Position numbers and translations under genes: made by a program. From Bacteroidaceae bacterium (lineage in GTDB: Bacteria > Bacteroidota > Bacteroidia > Bacteroidales > Bacteroidaceae), in the NCBI GenBank assembly GCA_023227685.1, contig JALNVG010000001.1, positions 1 through 47,146 on the forward strand: 47,146 nucleotides of DNA. The letters run 5' to 3'. The notes under the pieces were generated by a model. That model saw only the letters and a program-made list of their open reading frames with translations, was not told the origin of the DNA and made no database searches. Positions 12,837 to 23,859 of this stretch are shown here, piece by piece. Each line of letters starts with the position of its first letter. The stretch's first letter is position 1.

Positions 12837-12909
12837 CACGGAAGGAGAGGCTCGAACTCCCGACACCCGGTTTTGGAGACCGGTGCTCTACCAACTGAGC
12901 TACTCCCGT
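12837..12909 (-). tRNA. tRNA-Trp (anticodon CCA)
   Basis: 73-nt cloverleaf folded by hand: acceptor ACGGGAG/CTTCCGT, anticodon loop CTCCAAA, T-loop TTCGAGC. Confidence 0.9.
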
Positions 12910-12910
12910 G

Positions 12911-12951
12911 TTTTAAGAAAAATCAGTCCCCGATAAAACGGGGCACTGATT
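12911..12951 (-). terminator. Intrinsic terminator after tuf
   Basis: Stem AATCAGTCCCCG (12921..12932) / CGGGGCACTGATT (12939..12951) with a 1-nt bulge. On the minus strand it is followed by TTTTCTTAAAA. Confidence 0.6.
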
Positions 12952-12957
12952 ATTAGT

Positions 12958-14151
12958 TTACTCAAATACCTTAGTAATCTGTCCAGCACCAACGGTACGA
13001 CCACCTTCACGAATAGCGAAGCGCAAGCCCTCATTTAATGCTACTGGATAAATCAGATTAACAGTAATTGTGATATTATCACCTGGCATTACCATTTCAG
13101 TTCCTTCCGGAAGAGTAATTTCACCTGTACAATCCATTGTACGCAAGTAGAATTGCGGACGATAGTTATTATGGAAAGGAGTATGACGACCACCCTCTTC
13201 TTTTTTCAAGATGTAAACTTCAGCTTGGAATTTAGAATGAGGTTTAATCTGACCTGGATGGCAAAGAACCATACCACGTTTGATTTCTTCCTTATCAATA
13301 CCACGAAGAAGTAAACCTACATTATCACCAGCTTCACCTTCGTCAAGAATTTTACGAAACATTTCGACACCAGTAACAACTGATTTTTTATCTTCGCCCA
13401 AGCCAAGAAGCTCGACCTCATCGCCAACTTTTACTATACCTTGTTCTATACGTCCTGTAGCAACTGTACCACGGCCAGTAATAGAAAAGACATCCTCTAC
13501 AGGCATTAAGAAAGGTTTATCAACATCACGTTTTGGTAGAGGGATCCAAGTATCAACAGCATCCATCAATTCCATAACCTTGTCTTCCCATTTCTTTACA
13601 CCATTAAGTGCACCAAGAGCTGAGCCTCTAATGAAAGGAGTATTTTCACCGTCAAAATCATAGAAAGTAAGAAGATCTCTCATTTCCATTTCAACAAGCT
13701 CTAACATTTCTTCATCATCAACCATATCACACTTATTCATGAATACAACTAAGCGTGGTACATTTACCTGACGTGCTAAGAGGATATGCTCGCGAGTCTG
13801 AGGCATTGGGCCGTCAGTAGCAGCGACAACAATAATAGCACCATCCATCTGAGCAGCACCGGTAACCATGTTCTTCACATAATCGGCATGACCCGGACAG
13901 TCAACATGCGCATAATGGCGGTTTACAGTTTCATACTCAACGTGAGAAGTATTAATAGTAATACCCCTCTCTTTTTCCTCAGGAGCATTATCAATTTGAT
14001 CAAAAGACCTAATTTCATCACTTTTTGAGAATCCTTTTTCTGCTAATACTTTCGTTATAGCAGCAGTCAAAGTCGTTTTACCGTGGTCTACATGACCAAT
14101 TGTACCAATATTAACATGCGGTTTGGTACGTTCAAATTTCTCTTTAGCCAT
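12958..14151 (-). CDS. tuf: Elongation factor Tu
   Basis: 397 aa with the [10 protein letters not shown]-loop, DCPGH and NKCD motifs. Confidence 0.99.
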   Translation of the reverse strand: MAKEKFERTKPHVNIGTIGHVDHGKTTLTAAITKVLAEKGFSKSDEIRSFDQIDNAPEEKERGITINTSHVEYETVNRHYAHVDCPGHADYVKNMVTGAAQMDGAIIVVAATDGPMPQTREHILLARQVNVPRLVVFMNKCDMVDDEEMLELVEMEMRDLLTFYDFDGENTPFIRGSALGALNGVKKWEDKVMELMDAVDTWIPLPKRDVDKPFLMPVEDVFSITGRGTVATGRIEQGIVKVGDEVELLGLGEDKKSVVTGVEMFRKILDEGEAGDNVGLLLRGIDKEEIKRGMVLCHPGQIKPHSKFQAEVYILKKEEGGRHTPFHNNYRPQFYLRTMDCTGEITLPEGTEMVMPGDNITITVNLIYPVALNEGLRFAIREGGRTVGAGQITKVFE

Positions 14152-14223
14152 AGCTTTACTTGTTATTTATTTGATTAATAATCAGCTTTCTCTTCATATT
14201 TACATTCATTCACACATAGTCGG

Positions 14224-14295
<72 letters not shown>

Positions 14296-14306
14296 AAAAA
14301 CACAAG

Positions 14307-14379
14307 AGCGGAAGACGGGACTCAAACCCGCGACCCTCAGCTTGGAAGGCTAATGCTCTATCAACTGAGCTACTTCCGC
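14307..14379 (-). tRNA. tRNA-Gly (anticodon TCC)
   Basis: 73-nt cloverleaf: acceptor GCGGAAG/CTTCCGC, anticodon loop CTTCCAA. Confidence 0.9.
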
Positions 14380-14410
14380 ATTTCCGCATACTCACTTTTT
14401 CTCCATGTCG

Positions 14411-14493
14411 TGGGCAAAGATGGATTCGAACCACCGAAGGCGTAAGCCAGCAGATTTACAGTCTGCCCCATTTGGCCACTCTGGTATTTGCCC
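14411..14493 (-). tRNA. tRNA-Tyr (anticodon GTA), long variable arm
   Basis: 83 nt: acceptor GGGCAAA/TTTGCCC, anticodon loop CTGTAAA, T-loop TTCGAAT. Confidence 0.9.
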
Positions 14494-14513
14494 TTAAAAA
14501 ATATTTCACTTCG

Positions 14514-14587
14514 AGCCTCTTGTCGGATTCGAACCAACGACCCCGAGATTACAAATCACGTGCTCTGGCCAACTGAGCTAAAGAGGC
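14514..14587 (-). tRNA. tRNA-Thr (anticodon TGT)
   Basis: 74 nt: acceptor GCCTCTT/AAGAGGC, anticodon loop TTTGTAA, T-loop TTCGAAT. Confidence 0.9.
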
Positions 14588-14632
14588 AAAGCCTAAAAAC
14601 AACCGTCACGTTTGACGAAAGCGAAACGGCTG

Positions 14633-14640
14633 CAAATTTA
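14633..14640 (-). promoter_or_regulatory. Candidate -7 box (TAAATTTG) for the tRNA-tuf operon
   Basis: TAnnTTTG match 45 nt upstream of the first tRNA. A second match, TATTTTTG, lies at 14660..14667. Confidence 0.35.
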
Positions 14641-14679
14641 GTTATTTATTTTATATCTACAAAAATATTATCATCTTTT

Positions 14680-14979
14680 TTATTTCCCTCGCTGCTTTTC
14701 TTTGTATTTAATTAGTTGCTTTCCCAAAGCCTCAACGCTTAAGTCGACAGCTTCTTCAAAAGAATCGCAAACTTTGTTAGCATATAATTCACCGTTAGGA
14801 ACAATGATCTTCACCCCAGCTTCCTTATTTACCGCCGTTTCGGGTTTAATAACCTTAAGTGACACTTCAACTTTCTTTATATCATCATAAAACTTCTCCA
14901 ATTTTGCCGTTTTCTTTTGGATAAAGGCCTGCAATTTTTCTGAAGCATCAAAATGAATAGACTGAATTCTGACTTCCAT
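14680..14979 (-). CDS. hpf: Ribosome hibernation promoting factor / RaiA family (short form)
   Basis: 99 aa. Sequence is typical of ribosome-associated inhibitor/sigma-54 modulation family proteins. Confidence 0.9.
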   Translation of the reverse strand: MEVRIQSIHFDASEKLQAFIQKKTAKLEKFYDDIKKVEVSLKVIKPETAVNKEAGVKIIVPNGELYANKVCDSFEEAVDLSVEALGKQLIKYKEKQRGK

Positions 14980-14992
14980 AAGTACTTTTTTT

Positions 14993-15877
14993 TTAAGCTC
15001 GTGGATGAGCTTGTTTATATATTTTTTTTAGTTCCTCAAATGTAGTATGCGTATATATTTCTGTTGTAGCTAAGTTCTGATGTCCTAAAATTTCCTTTAC
15101 TGACCCTAAATCAGCATTATGATTTAGCATTGCCGTAGCAAACGTATGCCTCAAAACATGAGGACTTCTTTTTTTTATTGTAACTACCTTTGACAGATTC
15201 CGTTTAACAATAAGATAAACCAAATTTCTGTAAAGTCTCACACCATTTTTTCTCACAAAAAAAGCATCCGACTTTTCAATAATTGTTTTATTCCTAATAC
15301 TTACATATTTCTGCATTTCAAATCTTAATTCATCACCGAAAGGTATCAAACGCTGCTTATTCCTTTTCCCTGTAACTTTAATAAAAGAAGCAGAAAAATC
15401 AATATTATTGTCATCCAAATTTATTAATTCAGAAAGTCTTATACCTGTAGCATAAAACATTTCAATAATAAGATGATCACGACAACCTTCAAAACCTTTG
15501 CCAAAATCAATATCATCAAGCAGTTTATTCATCTGGCTTTCTTTTACGAAAGAAGGTATTGGCTTCTTTTTTTTTGGCCCGACAACTTTTGATAATGGAT
15601 CAACTACAACCAATCCTTTCCTTAAGAGGTATTTATAAAATGAACGAAGCGAACTTATTTTTCGATTTACAGAGGTAGAATTATACTTCTTCTCCATTAA
15701 AAAAACAATCCACTCTCGCACTTCATCAGATTCTACTTTTATAGGATCAAAAGAACCTTTTTCTTCAATTATAAACTTCTGGAACTGCTCAATATCTGCA
15801 CCATAATTCAACAGGGTCTCCTTAGAATAATTACGTTCAAATTGAAGATAACTTAAAAAAGAATCTTTTATAGCCAT
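14993..15877 (-). CDS. Tyrosine site-specific recombinase, XerC/XerD family
   Basis: Catalytic R..HxxR..Y signature (RHTFAT, LGH, IYTH). The start is probably the second Met (MAIKDSF), although the ORF extends to 15904. Confidence 0.9.
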   Translation of the reverse strand: MAIKDSFLSYLQFERNYSKETLLNYGADIEQFQKFIIEEKGSFDPIKVESDEVREWIVFLMEKKYNSTSVNRKISSLRSFYKYLLRKGLVVVDPLSKVVGPKKKKPIPSFVKESQMNKLLDDIDFGKGFEGCRDHLIIEMFYATGIRLSELINLDDNNIDFSASFIKVTGKRNKQRLIPFGDELRFEMQKYVSIRNKTIIEKSDAFFVRKNGVRLYRNLVYLIVKRNLSKVVTIKKRSPHVLRHTFATAMLNHNADLGSVKEILGHQNLATTEIYTHTTFEELKKIYKQAHPRA

Positions 15878-15950
15878 ATCGTTACATCTATTATTATATA
15901 GCAACGAATATAAGGAAAAATATCAATATTTCAAAAGGTTTTACGAAATA

Positions 15951-16142
15951 TTAATCTTCTTGTTCTTGAAGCTTTTGTACGTAAACGGCGTGTTCCTGTC
16001 TTAATCTCTTCACAACAGACGGCTTATCAAATTGTTGTCTTCTTCTAAGCTCCTTAACAGCTCCTGTCTTCTCAAATTTCCTTTTAAATTTCTTCAGCGC
16101 TCTTTCGATATTATCGCCTTCTTTTACGGGTACTACAATCAT
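15951..16142 (-). CDS. rpsU: 30S ribosomal protein S21
   Basis: 63-aa product MIVVPVKEGDNIERALKKFKRKFEKTG... is S21. The longer ORF (to 16238) is an upstream extension with no homology-like character. Confidence 0.93.
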   Translation of the reverse strand: MIVVPVKEGDNIERALKKFKRKFEKTGAVKELRRRQQFDKPSVVKRLRQEHAVYVQKLQEQED

Positions 16143-16196
16143 ATTATAAATTTTTAATTTTAAATTTGCTTTAAAAAACCAATTGTTTAAGCGACG

Positions 16197-16204
16197 CAAA
16201 ATTA
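16197..16204 (-). promoter_or_regulatory. Candidate -7 box (TAATTTTG) for rpsU
   Basis: TAnnTTTG match 55 nt upstream of the rpsU ATG. Confidence 0.4.
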
Positions 16205-16394
16205 CACATTGTTTCAATATCTGCAAAACTTTTTTCAATTATTTCTCTAAAATACAAAGAATAATTCAAATTAGGAGAGAATAAAACGGTTTGTTACTTT
16301 ATACAAACACCATTTTATAATTATAAAAGGAAAAAGATACTTACGAAAAACGATATTTTACATACAATTTTAAATACTGGACAAATGAAACACC

Positions 16395-17627
16395 TTAGAA
16401 ATTGATCATATTCATAATTTTTTCTGTCGCACCGGCATGCTCTGTTACATAAAATCTTGCCTTAGAACCCGATTCTCTTAAAAAAGTATCATCAGAAAGC
16501 AATTTATCAAGTAGTCCGTTCAATTCCTCGCTATTCTTAATGGAAAAAGCTCCTTTAGCTTCAATAAGTTGAACTGCCTCCATAAATTTTTGATACTTGG
16601 GACCAAATATTACGGGGATTCCATAAACAGCAGCTTCCAATGTATTATGGATACCTGCGCCAAAACCACCACCGACATAAGATATCTCACCATAACGATA
16701 GATCGACGACAGCAATCCATAACAATCAATAATTAAGCAATCTGCCTGAGCCACATTTTTTTCGTCAGCACGAGAATAACGAATAGAAGAGCGCTTCAAC
16801 TTACTAACTATTTGCACCAAATGATTTTCATCAGTTACGTGCGGAGCAATGATCAACTTTATATCTGGATGAGAATTAAAATAATCAATAAACAAATCTT
16901 CATCCGAAGGCCAGGAACTTCCGGCTACAAGCGTTTTATAATTACCCTTAAAAATTCCCACAAGAGGTAAATCTTTTGCCTGACTACGAATTTGCAACAC
17001 TCGATCGAAACGTGTATCTCCGGCAACAGATACACGAGTTACACCTATTTTTGCAAGGTATCGTTTAGACGCCTCATTCTGCACAAATAAATAATCAAAG
17101 ACTTGCAATATTTTTCTATATTGTATGCCATACCATTTAAAAAAAATCTGGTGTCGATCAAAGATTGAAGAAATACTATAAACAGGAATGCGCATTTCAT
17201 GCAATTGTTCCAGATAATTCATCCAAAACTCATACTTGATAAAAAAAGCCATACAAGGTTTCACAATACTCAAAAATTTCTTCACATTACGGGGCTTATC
17301 AAATGGTAAATAGCAAACTATGTCTGCACCACGATAATCATTCCGGACCTCATAACCAGAAGGAGAAAAAAAAGTAAGCAATATTTTATATTCAGGGTAT
17401 TTACTCCGAATTTGTTCTATCATAGGGCGTCCTTGCTCAAATTCACCAAGCGAAGCAGCGTGAAACCAAACGTATTGTGCATCAGGTTCCACTTGTTGGC
17501 GTAGCAACTCATACACAATCCAATGGCCTTTCATCATCTTTCTCGGTTTCCGAGAAAAAGGAGCATCTAAATGAACTAATAAGTCATATAAACCTATGCA
17601 AAGATTATAAAAAAAATTAAAAATCAT
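16395..17627 (-). CDS. waaA: 3-deoxy-D-manno-octulosonic acid (Kdo) transferase
   Basis: 410 aa with an N-terminal anchor and a GT30-type sequence (HAASLGEFEQGRP, HNTLEAAVYGIPV). Confidence 0.9.
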   Translation of the reverse strand: MIFNFFYNLCIGLYDLLVHLDAPFSRKPRKMMKGHWIVYELLRQQVEPDAQYVWFHAASLGEFEQGRPMIEQIRSKYPEYKILLTFFSPSGYEVRNDYRGADIVCYLPFDKPRNVKKFLSIVKPCMAFFIKYEFWMNYLEQLHEMRIPVYSISSIFDRHQIFFKWYGIQYRKILQVFDYLFVQNEASKRYLAKIGVTRVSVAGDTRFDRVLQIRSQAKDLPLVGIFKGNYKTLVAGSSWPSDEDLFIDYFNSHPDIKLIIAPHVTDENHLVQIVSKLKRSSIRYSRADEKNVAQADCLIIDCYGLLSSIYRYGEISYVGGGFGAGIHNTLEAAVYGIPVIFGPKYQKFMEAVQLIEAKGAFSIKNSEELNGLLDKLLSDDTFLRESGSKARFYVTEHAGATEKIMNMINF

Positions 17628-17636
17628 TACAATATA

Positions 17637-19157
17637 TTATTTCAATATCTCAACTGCCCGTTCTAATCGTCGCAAAGTTTCCTCTTTGCCAAGTACACTA
17701 GTAATATCAAACATATGAGGTCCCTTTCCTTCACCTACAATAGCTAAACGAAAAGCATTCATAATGTCTCCGGTCTGATATCCCATTTTTTCAATCCAGC
17801 CCATAACGGCTGCATCTTGACCTTCAATACTAAAATTATCAATACCTAATAACACCGACATCAATTCCGTCATACGGACCGAAGAATCTTCTTTCCACCG
17901 TTTTTTCACTGTTTTCTTATCATAATCCGTCGGAGGAACAAAAAAGAACTTGCAATTCTCCCATAATTCATTCAGTAGATTAATACGTCCCTTCATCATA
18001 CCGATTACCGTTACAACTTTCTTTAACGGGACATTAATCGCATGAGCCATCAAAACCGGCATAAAGCATTCCGCAATATCCTCGTCAGACTTTTGTTGAA
18101 TATATTGATGATTGAACCAAAGACATTTTTTATAATCATATTTAGCACCTGATTTACTACAATGAGACAGATCAAATAAAGGCACCAACTCATCCATAGA
18201 CAATAGTTCCTGATCATTACCAGGATTCCAACCTTGCAATGCAAGAAAATTAAGAATAGCTTCTGGTAGATAACCTGCTTCGCGATAGCCGGAATAAGAC
18301 TCGCCGGTTTTAGGATCATGCCATTCTAGAGGAAAGACAGGGAAACCCAATCGATCACCATCCCGCTTACTTAGCTTTCCGCTTCCCTCTGGCTTTAAAA
18401 GCAAGGGCAAATGCGCAAACACCGGCATACTATCTTCCCAGCCAAAGGCCTGATATAGCAAAACATGAAGCGGAGCTGACGGCAACCACTCCTCGCCTCT
18501 AATTACATGAGATATTTCCATCAAATGATCATCGACGATATTTGCCAAATGATAAGTAGGCAATTGATCTGACGATTTATATAATACTTTATCGTCAAGT
18601 ACTGAAGAATTCACCGTTACCTCACCACGTATCATATCATGAACATGGATTTCTACATTTGGTTCTATTTTAAATCGAACTACATACTGTTGTCCGCCAG
18701 CAATCAATGCTTCAGCCTCTTCTTTTGGCAGAGAAAGAGAATTACGCATGCATTCACGTGTTGAAGCATCATATTGGAAATTAGCAAATTTCTTTCTTTT
18801 CTCACTCAATTCTTCGGGTGTATCAAAAGCAATGTATGCCTTCCCTTTTCCCAATAATAGCCGTACATACTTCTTGTAGATTTCCTTACGTTCGGACTGA
18901 TGATAAGGCCCCTTATCACCACCCACATTTACACCTTCGTCAAAATTGATGCCAAGCCATTTAAATGATTCAACTATATATTCTTCCGCACCTTGAACAA
19001 AGCGATGAGTATCCGTATCTTCTATACGAAGTAATAACTTTCCACCATACTTACGAGCAAATAAATAATTATACAAAGCAGTGCGTACACCACCGATATG
19101 CAAAGGTCCTGTCGGACTTGGCGCAAAACGAACTCTTATATTTCCTTCAAACATCAT
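17637..19157 (-). CDS. gltX: Glutamate--tRNA ligase
   Basis: 506 aa with the class I motifs HIGGVRTA (HIGH) and KLSKR (KMSKS). Confidence 0.97.
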   Translation of the reverse strand: MMFEGNIRVRFAPSPTGPLHIGGVRTALYNYLFARKYGGKLLLRIEDTDTHRFVQGAEEYIVESFKWLGINFDEGVNVGGDKGPYHQSERKEIYKKYVRLLLGKGKAYIAFDTPEELSEKRKKFANFQYDASTRECMRNSLSLPKEEAEALIAGGQQYVVRFKIEPNVEIHVHDMIRGEVTVNSSVLDDKVLYKSSDQLPTYHLANIVDDHLMEISHVIRGEEWLPSAPLHVLLYQAFGWEDSMPVFAHLPLLLKPEGSGKLSKRDGDRLGFPVFPLEWHDPKTGESYSGYREAGYLPEAILNFLALQGWNPGNDQELLSMDELVPLFDLSHCSKSGAKYDYKKCLWFNHQYIQQKSDEDIAECFMPVLMAHAINVPLKKVVTVIGMMKGRINLLNELWENCKFFFVPPTDYDKKTVKKRWKEDSSVRMTELMSVLLGIDNFSIEGQDAAVMGWIEKMGYQTGDIMNAFRLAIVGEGKGPHMFDITSVLGKEETLRRLERAVEILK

Positions 19158-19181
19158 AAATAAATATCAAATAATTGAGAG

Positions 19182-19189
19182 CAAAAGTA
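19182..19189 (-). promoter_or_regulatory. Candidate -7 box (TACTTTTG) for gltX-waaA
   Basis: TAnnTTTG match 25 nt upstream of the gltX ATG. Confidence 0.4.
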
Positions 19190-19247
19190 AGTAAATTTTT
19201 CCATACCATCATTTTTTTTTGTACTTTTCGCAAAAAAATAAGCCCAC

Positions 19248-21308
19248 ATGAAAAATAGAACAAGAAAAAAGCCCCTTTTTAGAAGGGAATTACTATACAA
19301 AACATGCATCTTTATAGGAACTGTCATCCTTCTTGTATTTTTCCTTCCACGTGAAGCAAAATTCAATTATCAATACGAAATAGGCAAGCCATGGAAATAC
19401 GGGCCGTTGATCGCAACTTTCGATTTTCCTATTTTCAAAAGTAATGACGCCATAAAAAAAGAGCAAGATAGCCTAGCCGCTACACTAAAACCTTACTTCG
19501 ATTATAATCAAGATAAAGAAAGAGAAGCCATATCTTTTCTTCAAAAAGACTATAAATCACATTTGAGTCTTATTTTACCGTCTTCAAAATACCTGATATA
19601 TATTGAACAAAACCTACATAAAATATATCAATGTGGCATTATTCCGTCCGAAGATGTGAATAAATTATTAAAAAATGACACCAAATCCATTATGGTGATT
19701 AAGACTAAAATGGCCCAAGAAAAATCAACAGACCAATTATTTACAGAAAAAAAGGCCTACGAATTTCTTCTCTCCGCCGACACTTTGCACTTTAAAACAG
19801 AAATACTACAAAAATGTGCCTTAAACAAATATATTACCCCCAATCTCACCTCCGATATCAAACGGATGGAAATTGCACACAACGACATGTTTAGAAATTA
19901 TTCGTGGGCCATTGGTGTGGTACAAAGTGGTCAAAAGATAATAGAGCGAGGAGAAATTATCACTCCAAAAAGTTATAACATTCTAGAATCATTCAAGAAA
20001 GAATCAGCCAAGCGTATCGGATCTGCCGTACAAAGGAAATTAATCTTGGGTGGACAAATTATCTTTGTCAGTGCACTCATCTTCTTTTTTCTTTTATATA
20101 TTGATATGTTTAAGCAGAAATATTACGCAAGAAAAAGGATCATTCTGCTACTCTTCACCCTAATCGTTATACCAATTATACTCACTGCACTGTTGATAAG
20201 TCATCATGTACTGACTGTTTATATTATACCCTACGCCATGGTCGCAATCATCATTAGCATATTTCTCGATTCTCAAACATCTTTTTTTGCCTATATTTTG
20301 ATGATTTTCATCTGCTCGATAACACTACATTTTCCTTATGAATTCATTTTACTACAATCGACAGCAGGATTAATAGCTATTTACAGTTTAAAGGAACTTT
20401 CACAGCGCTCCCAAGTATTTCGATCCGCAATTTACATTGTGATCACCTACTTCATGATATATATAGCCTATATTTTATTTACCGAAGGCAGTATATCAAA
20501 AATAGACACAACTATGTTAATTTATTTCATTATCAATGGATTATTCCTTTTATTCACTTATCCTCTATTATTTCTTATCGAAAAGACATTTGGTTTCACC
20601 TCAAACGTTACTCTGGTAGAACTCTCGAATATAAATACGCCACTCCTCAGGAATCTGTCAGAAACAGCGCCAGGCACTTTTCAGCATTCACTGCAGGTCG
20701 CTAATCTTGCCTCGGAAGCGGCAATAAGCATCGACGCCAACAGTCAGTTAGTACGAACAGGCGCTTTATATCATGATATCGGAAAGATGGCAGAACCCGC
20801 GTTCTTTACAGAAAACCAATCAGGGAATTTCAATCCGCACAAACAATTATCATATGAAGAAAGTGCACAAATAGTAATCAATCACGTTACCGATGGTTTG
20901 AAAATGGCTGATAAATATCAATTACCTAAGATTATCAAAGATTTTATCAGCACCCACCATGGAAAAAGCAAAACAAAATTCTTCTATATCTCTTGGATGA
21001 ATGAACATCCCGATTTAGAACCTGATGAAAAGACGTTCTCTTATCCCGGCCCGAATCCTTTTTCAAAAGAGACAGCCATACTCATGATGGCCGATTCTGT
21101 AGAAGCTGCTTCGCGCAGCTTAACCGAATATACAGAAGAGAGCATTAGCAATCTAGTAGAAAAAATTATCGATTCACAAGTAGAAGAAGGGTATTTCAAA
21201 GAATGCCCGATTACATTTAAAGACATCTCAACAATCAAAACAGTGTTTAAAGAGAAGCTAAGAATAGCCTACCATACAAGAATTAGTTATCCGGAACTAA
21301 AAAAATAA
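19248..21308 (+). CDS. 7TM-receptor HD-domain phosphohydrolase (PgpH/YqfF-like)
   Basis: 686 aa. An extracytoplasmic N-domain is followed by about 7 TM helices and then an HD domain (LYHDIGK, THHG). Confidence 0.88.
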   Translation: MKNRTRKKPLFRRELLYKTCIFIGTVILLVFFLPREAKFNYQYEIGKPWKYGPLIATFDFPIFKSNDAIKKEQDSLAATLKPYFDYNQDKEREAISFLQKDYKSHLSLILPSSKYLIYIEQNLHKIYQCGIIPSEDVNKLLKNDTKSIMVIKTKMAQEKSTDQLFTEKKAYEFLLSADTLHFKTEILQKCALNKYITPNLTSDIKRMEIAHNDMFRNYSWAIGVVQSGQKIIERGEIITPKSYNILESFKKESAKRIGSAVQRKLILGGQIIFVSALIFFFLLYIDMFKQKYYARKRIILLLFTLIVIPIILTALLISHHVLTVYIIPYAMVAIIISIFLDSQTSFFAYILMIFICSITLHFPYEFILLQSTAGLIAIYSLKELSQRSQVFRSAIYIVITYFMIYIAYILFTEGSISKIDTTMLIYFIINGLFLLFTYPLLFLIEKTFGFTSNVTLVELSNINTPLLRNLSETAPGTFQHSLQVANLASEAAISIDANSQLVRTGALYHDIGKMAEPAFFTENQSGNFNPHKQLSYEESAQIVINHVTDGLKMADKYQLPKIIKDFISTHHGKSKTKFFYISWMNEHPDLEPDEKTFSYPGPNPFSKETAILMMADSVEAASRSLTEYTEESISNLVEKIIDSQVEEGYFKECPITFKDISTIKTVFKEKLRIAYHTRISYPELKK

Positions 21309-21316
21309 GTTCAAAA

Positions 21317-23779
21317 CTACATCGGATCCACATCATAAAAGATAGAAATCGAACGGGGACAATCATTATTCAACATTTCCTTTTGAATGGACAAAAGTCG
21401 TTCACGAGCTAGACTCATAGATGCATCCTGTTCAATTTTTATCACTATTTTTTTTATATAAAGCATGCGTACCCGTCCAACAGGCGGTTTATCCGGACCA
21501 AGTACCCGATCTCCGAAAACCGCACGCAATTTATCAGCCATCATCAGAGCCGCTTTGTCAAGCAAGGCCTCATTACGATATTTAAGGTATACATAAATCA
21601 ATCGATAATAAGGAGGGTAATGAAACAACTTTCTTTCTGCCAACAACTCATTCACCATCCCGTCAAAGTCATTATTGATTACTTGGCTGATTATTGGATT
21701 TTCAATATCATGAGTTTGCAAAATAACACGCCCCCGTTTATTCTTACGACCAGCTCTTCCTGCCACCTGCTCCATTAATTGGAAAGCCCGCTCATATGCC
21801 CGGAAATCAGGATAATTAAACATTGAATCAGCATTCAATATACCGACCACACTTACGTGATCAAAATCCAATCCCTTCGAAACCATTTGCGTACCGATAA
21901 GAATATCCGTTTTACTTTGTTCGAAATCAGCAATAATCTTTTCAAAAGCCGAACGGGTTCTTGTTGTATCTAAATCCATTCTTGAGACCTTTGCTTCAGG
22001 AAAACAACACTTAATCTCATCTTCCACGCGCTCGGTGCCAAACCCGCGATTCATCAAATCAGTTTCACCGCAAGCCGGACAAACTTTTGGTACATCATAC
22101 GTACAACCACAATAATGACACGTTAATTGATGAGTACTCTTATGATAGGTCAGACTTACATCGCAATTTTGACATTTAGGAACCCACCCACAAGTTTTAC
22201 ACTCCACCATTTGCGAAAAGCCCCTTCTGTTTTGAAAAAGGATTACTTGTTCTTTGTTTTCCAATGCCTCATGCATACAAGACATCAAAAGGGGAGAGAA
22301 CAACCCATTCATGCGCTTTTTTCGCTTTAATTCTTTGATATCCACAGGAATTATTTCGGGCAATTGAATATTTTTAAAACGTTCTTTCAAACATACCAAG
22401 CCATACTTTCCGGTAGTTGCATTATACCATGACTCGACAGAAGGCGTAGCCGTGCCCAACAAAGTTTTGGCTCCATACATCGAAGCCAGAACAATAGCCA
22501 CATTACGAGCGTGATAACGAGGAGCCGGTTCCTGCTGCTTATAGGAATTTTCATGTTCTTCATCTACAATAACCAAGCCCAAATTGCGAAAAGGTAAAAA
22601 GACAGAAGAACGCACACCCAAAATCACATCATAAGGATGAGTACTCAATTGTTTTTGCCATATTTCAACTCGTTCGGAATCAGAGAATTTAGAATGATAT
22701 ACGCCTAGATGAGTACCGAATACCTGTTGCAAGCGAGTCGTAATCTGCGTTGTCAAAGCAATTTCAGGCAAGAGATAAAGCACTTGCTTACCTTGTCGGA
22801 TCATTTCTTCAATAAGATGAATATAGATTTCGGTTTTACCACTGGAAGTAACTCCATAAAGCAAACAAACATTTTTTTCTTTAAAACGCTGAAGAATCTC
22901 ATCATATGCACATTGTTGATATTCATTAAGTTCCTTAGAGTCGACTACGGCAGACAAATGACTAGTTCCTAACCGACCTATGACATAATCATACGTTTCA
23001 AAAACATGCTTTACCTCCAAGGCACTAAAGACAGACAAAGATATACCTGATTTTACCAATAATTCTTTTTTGGACACTTCATTCAAAGCTCCTCCATTTA
23101 GCAAACCAGACAAATCTATATACTTCATTAATAAAGTAAACTGCTTCGGCGCACGCTCGATTTCACCAAGAACTTGATGTAAACGAGCCTTATCACGCAT
23201 TTCGGAAGTAAGACGAACATGTATCTCAACCTTGGGCTTATAAGTTGTACGAAGATTTTCTTTTAAAATTATCGCTCCCTTGTCAAGCAATGATTTGATA
23301 ACAGGAAAGATATTTTTAATACCACTATCCTTTTCCAAATTCTTCACACTCTGAACCGGAGAATCTGTTAATAAAGATAATACGCGTTGCTCTGATTTTG
23401 ACAATTGAACTTCAACCTCAACTCCGGCCTTGCATTCAACAAAAGTTTCACTTTCCAATTTCAACCCAGCCGGGAGAGCCGATTTGTAAACATCACCCTC
23501 AGTGCATAAATAATAATCAGCGATCCATTGCCAAATTCTAAATTGCTGAGAAACCAAGATCGGAGAATCATCAAGTAAAGACTGAACTTCTTTTACCTCA
23601 TAACCTTCAGGTGCATGCTGATGAATACGACAAACGATAGCCGTATAAAATTTCTTCTGACCAAAAGGTACTACTACCCGACATCCGATTTGTACTTGTT
23701 CAGAAATTTCATCAGAAAGTACATAAGTAAAACGCTGGGCCAGCGGTAAAGGCAATATAACATCCACGTATCTTTTCAT
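21317..23779 (-). CDS. priA: Primosomal protein N' (replication restart helicase PriA)
   Basis: 820 aa. Walker A GVTSSGKT, DEEH box, and a Cys-rich zinc-binding insertion (CKTCG..CQNC..CHYCG..CPACG). Confidence 0.97.
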   Translation of the reverse strand: MKRYVDVILPLPLAQRFTYVLSDEISEQVQIGCRVVVPFGQKKFYTAIVCRIHQHAPEGYEVKEVQSLLDDSPILVSQQFRIWQWIADYYLCTEGDVYKSALPAGLKLESETFVECKAGVEVEVQLSKSEQRVLSLLTDSPVQSVKNLEKDSGIKNIFPVIKSLLDKGAIILKENLRTTYKPKVEIHVRLTSEMRDKARLHQVLGEIERAPKQFTLLMKYIDLSGLLNGGALNEVSKKELLVKSGISLSVFSALEVKHVFETYDYVIGRLGTSHLSAVVDSKELNEYQQCAYDEILQRFKEKNVCLLYGVTSSGKTEIYIHLIEEMIRQGKQVLYLLPEIALTTQITTRLQQVFGTHLGVYHSKFSDSERVEIWQKQLSTHPYDVILGVRSSVFLPFRNLGLVIVDEEHENSYKQQEPAPRYHARNVAIVLASMYGAKTLLGTATPSVESWYNATTGKYGLVCLKERFKNIQLPEIIPVDIKELKRKKRMNGLFSPLLMSCMHEALENKEQVILFQNRRGFSQMVECKTCGWVPKCQNCDVSLTYHKSTHQLTCHYCGCTYDVPKVCPACGETDLMNRGFGTERVEDEIKCCFPEAKVSRMDLDTTRTRSAFEKIIADFEQSKTDILIGTQMVSKGLDFDHVSVVGILNADSMFNYPDFRAYERAFQLMEQVAGRAGRKNKRGRVILQTHDIENPIISQVINNDFDGMVNELLAERKLFHYPPYYRLIYVYLKYRNEALLDKAALMMADKLRAVFGDRVLGPDKPPVGRVRMLYIKKIVIKIEQDASMSLARERLLSIQKEMLNNDCPRSISIFYDVDPM

Positions 23780-23794
23780 AATGAAGACAAAGAT

Positions 23795-23831
23795 ATAAAA
23801 AAAGAGACTCTCTCAAACGAGAATCTCTCTT
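23795..23831 (-). terminator. Intrinsic terminator after the outer membrane protein gene
   Basis: Imperfect stem AAGAGACTCTC / GAGAATCTCTT. On the minus strand it is followed by TTTTTTATATC. Confidence 0.45.
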
Positions 23832-23859
23832 AAAAGTTTATCAAATAGATTTGAATGAA

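Noticed and set aside
16143-16238. N-terminal extensions proposed by the ORF track for rpsU (to 16238), greA (to 40946), manC (TTG at 38702), DUF1460 (TTG at 32256) and the recombinase (to 15904).
   Set aside because: The conserved protein N-termini begin at internal ATGs. The extensions run through promoter or terminator motifs and have non-coding-like composition.
16239-16394. A weak 6-bp hairpin (GTTTGT/ACAAAC, about 16289..16310) as a terminator for waaA.
   Set aside because: The stem is too short and AT-rich to support a call.
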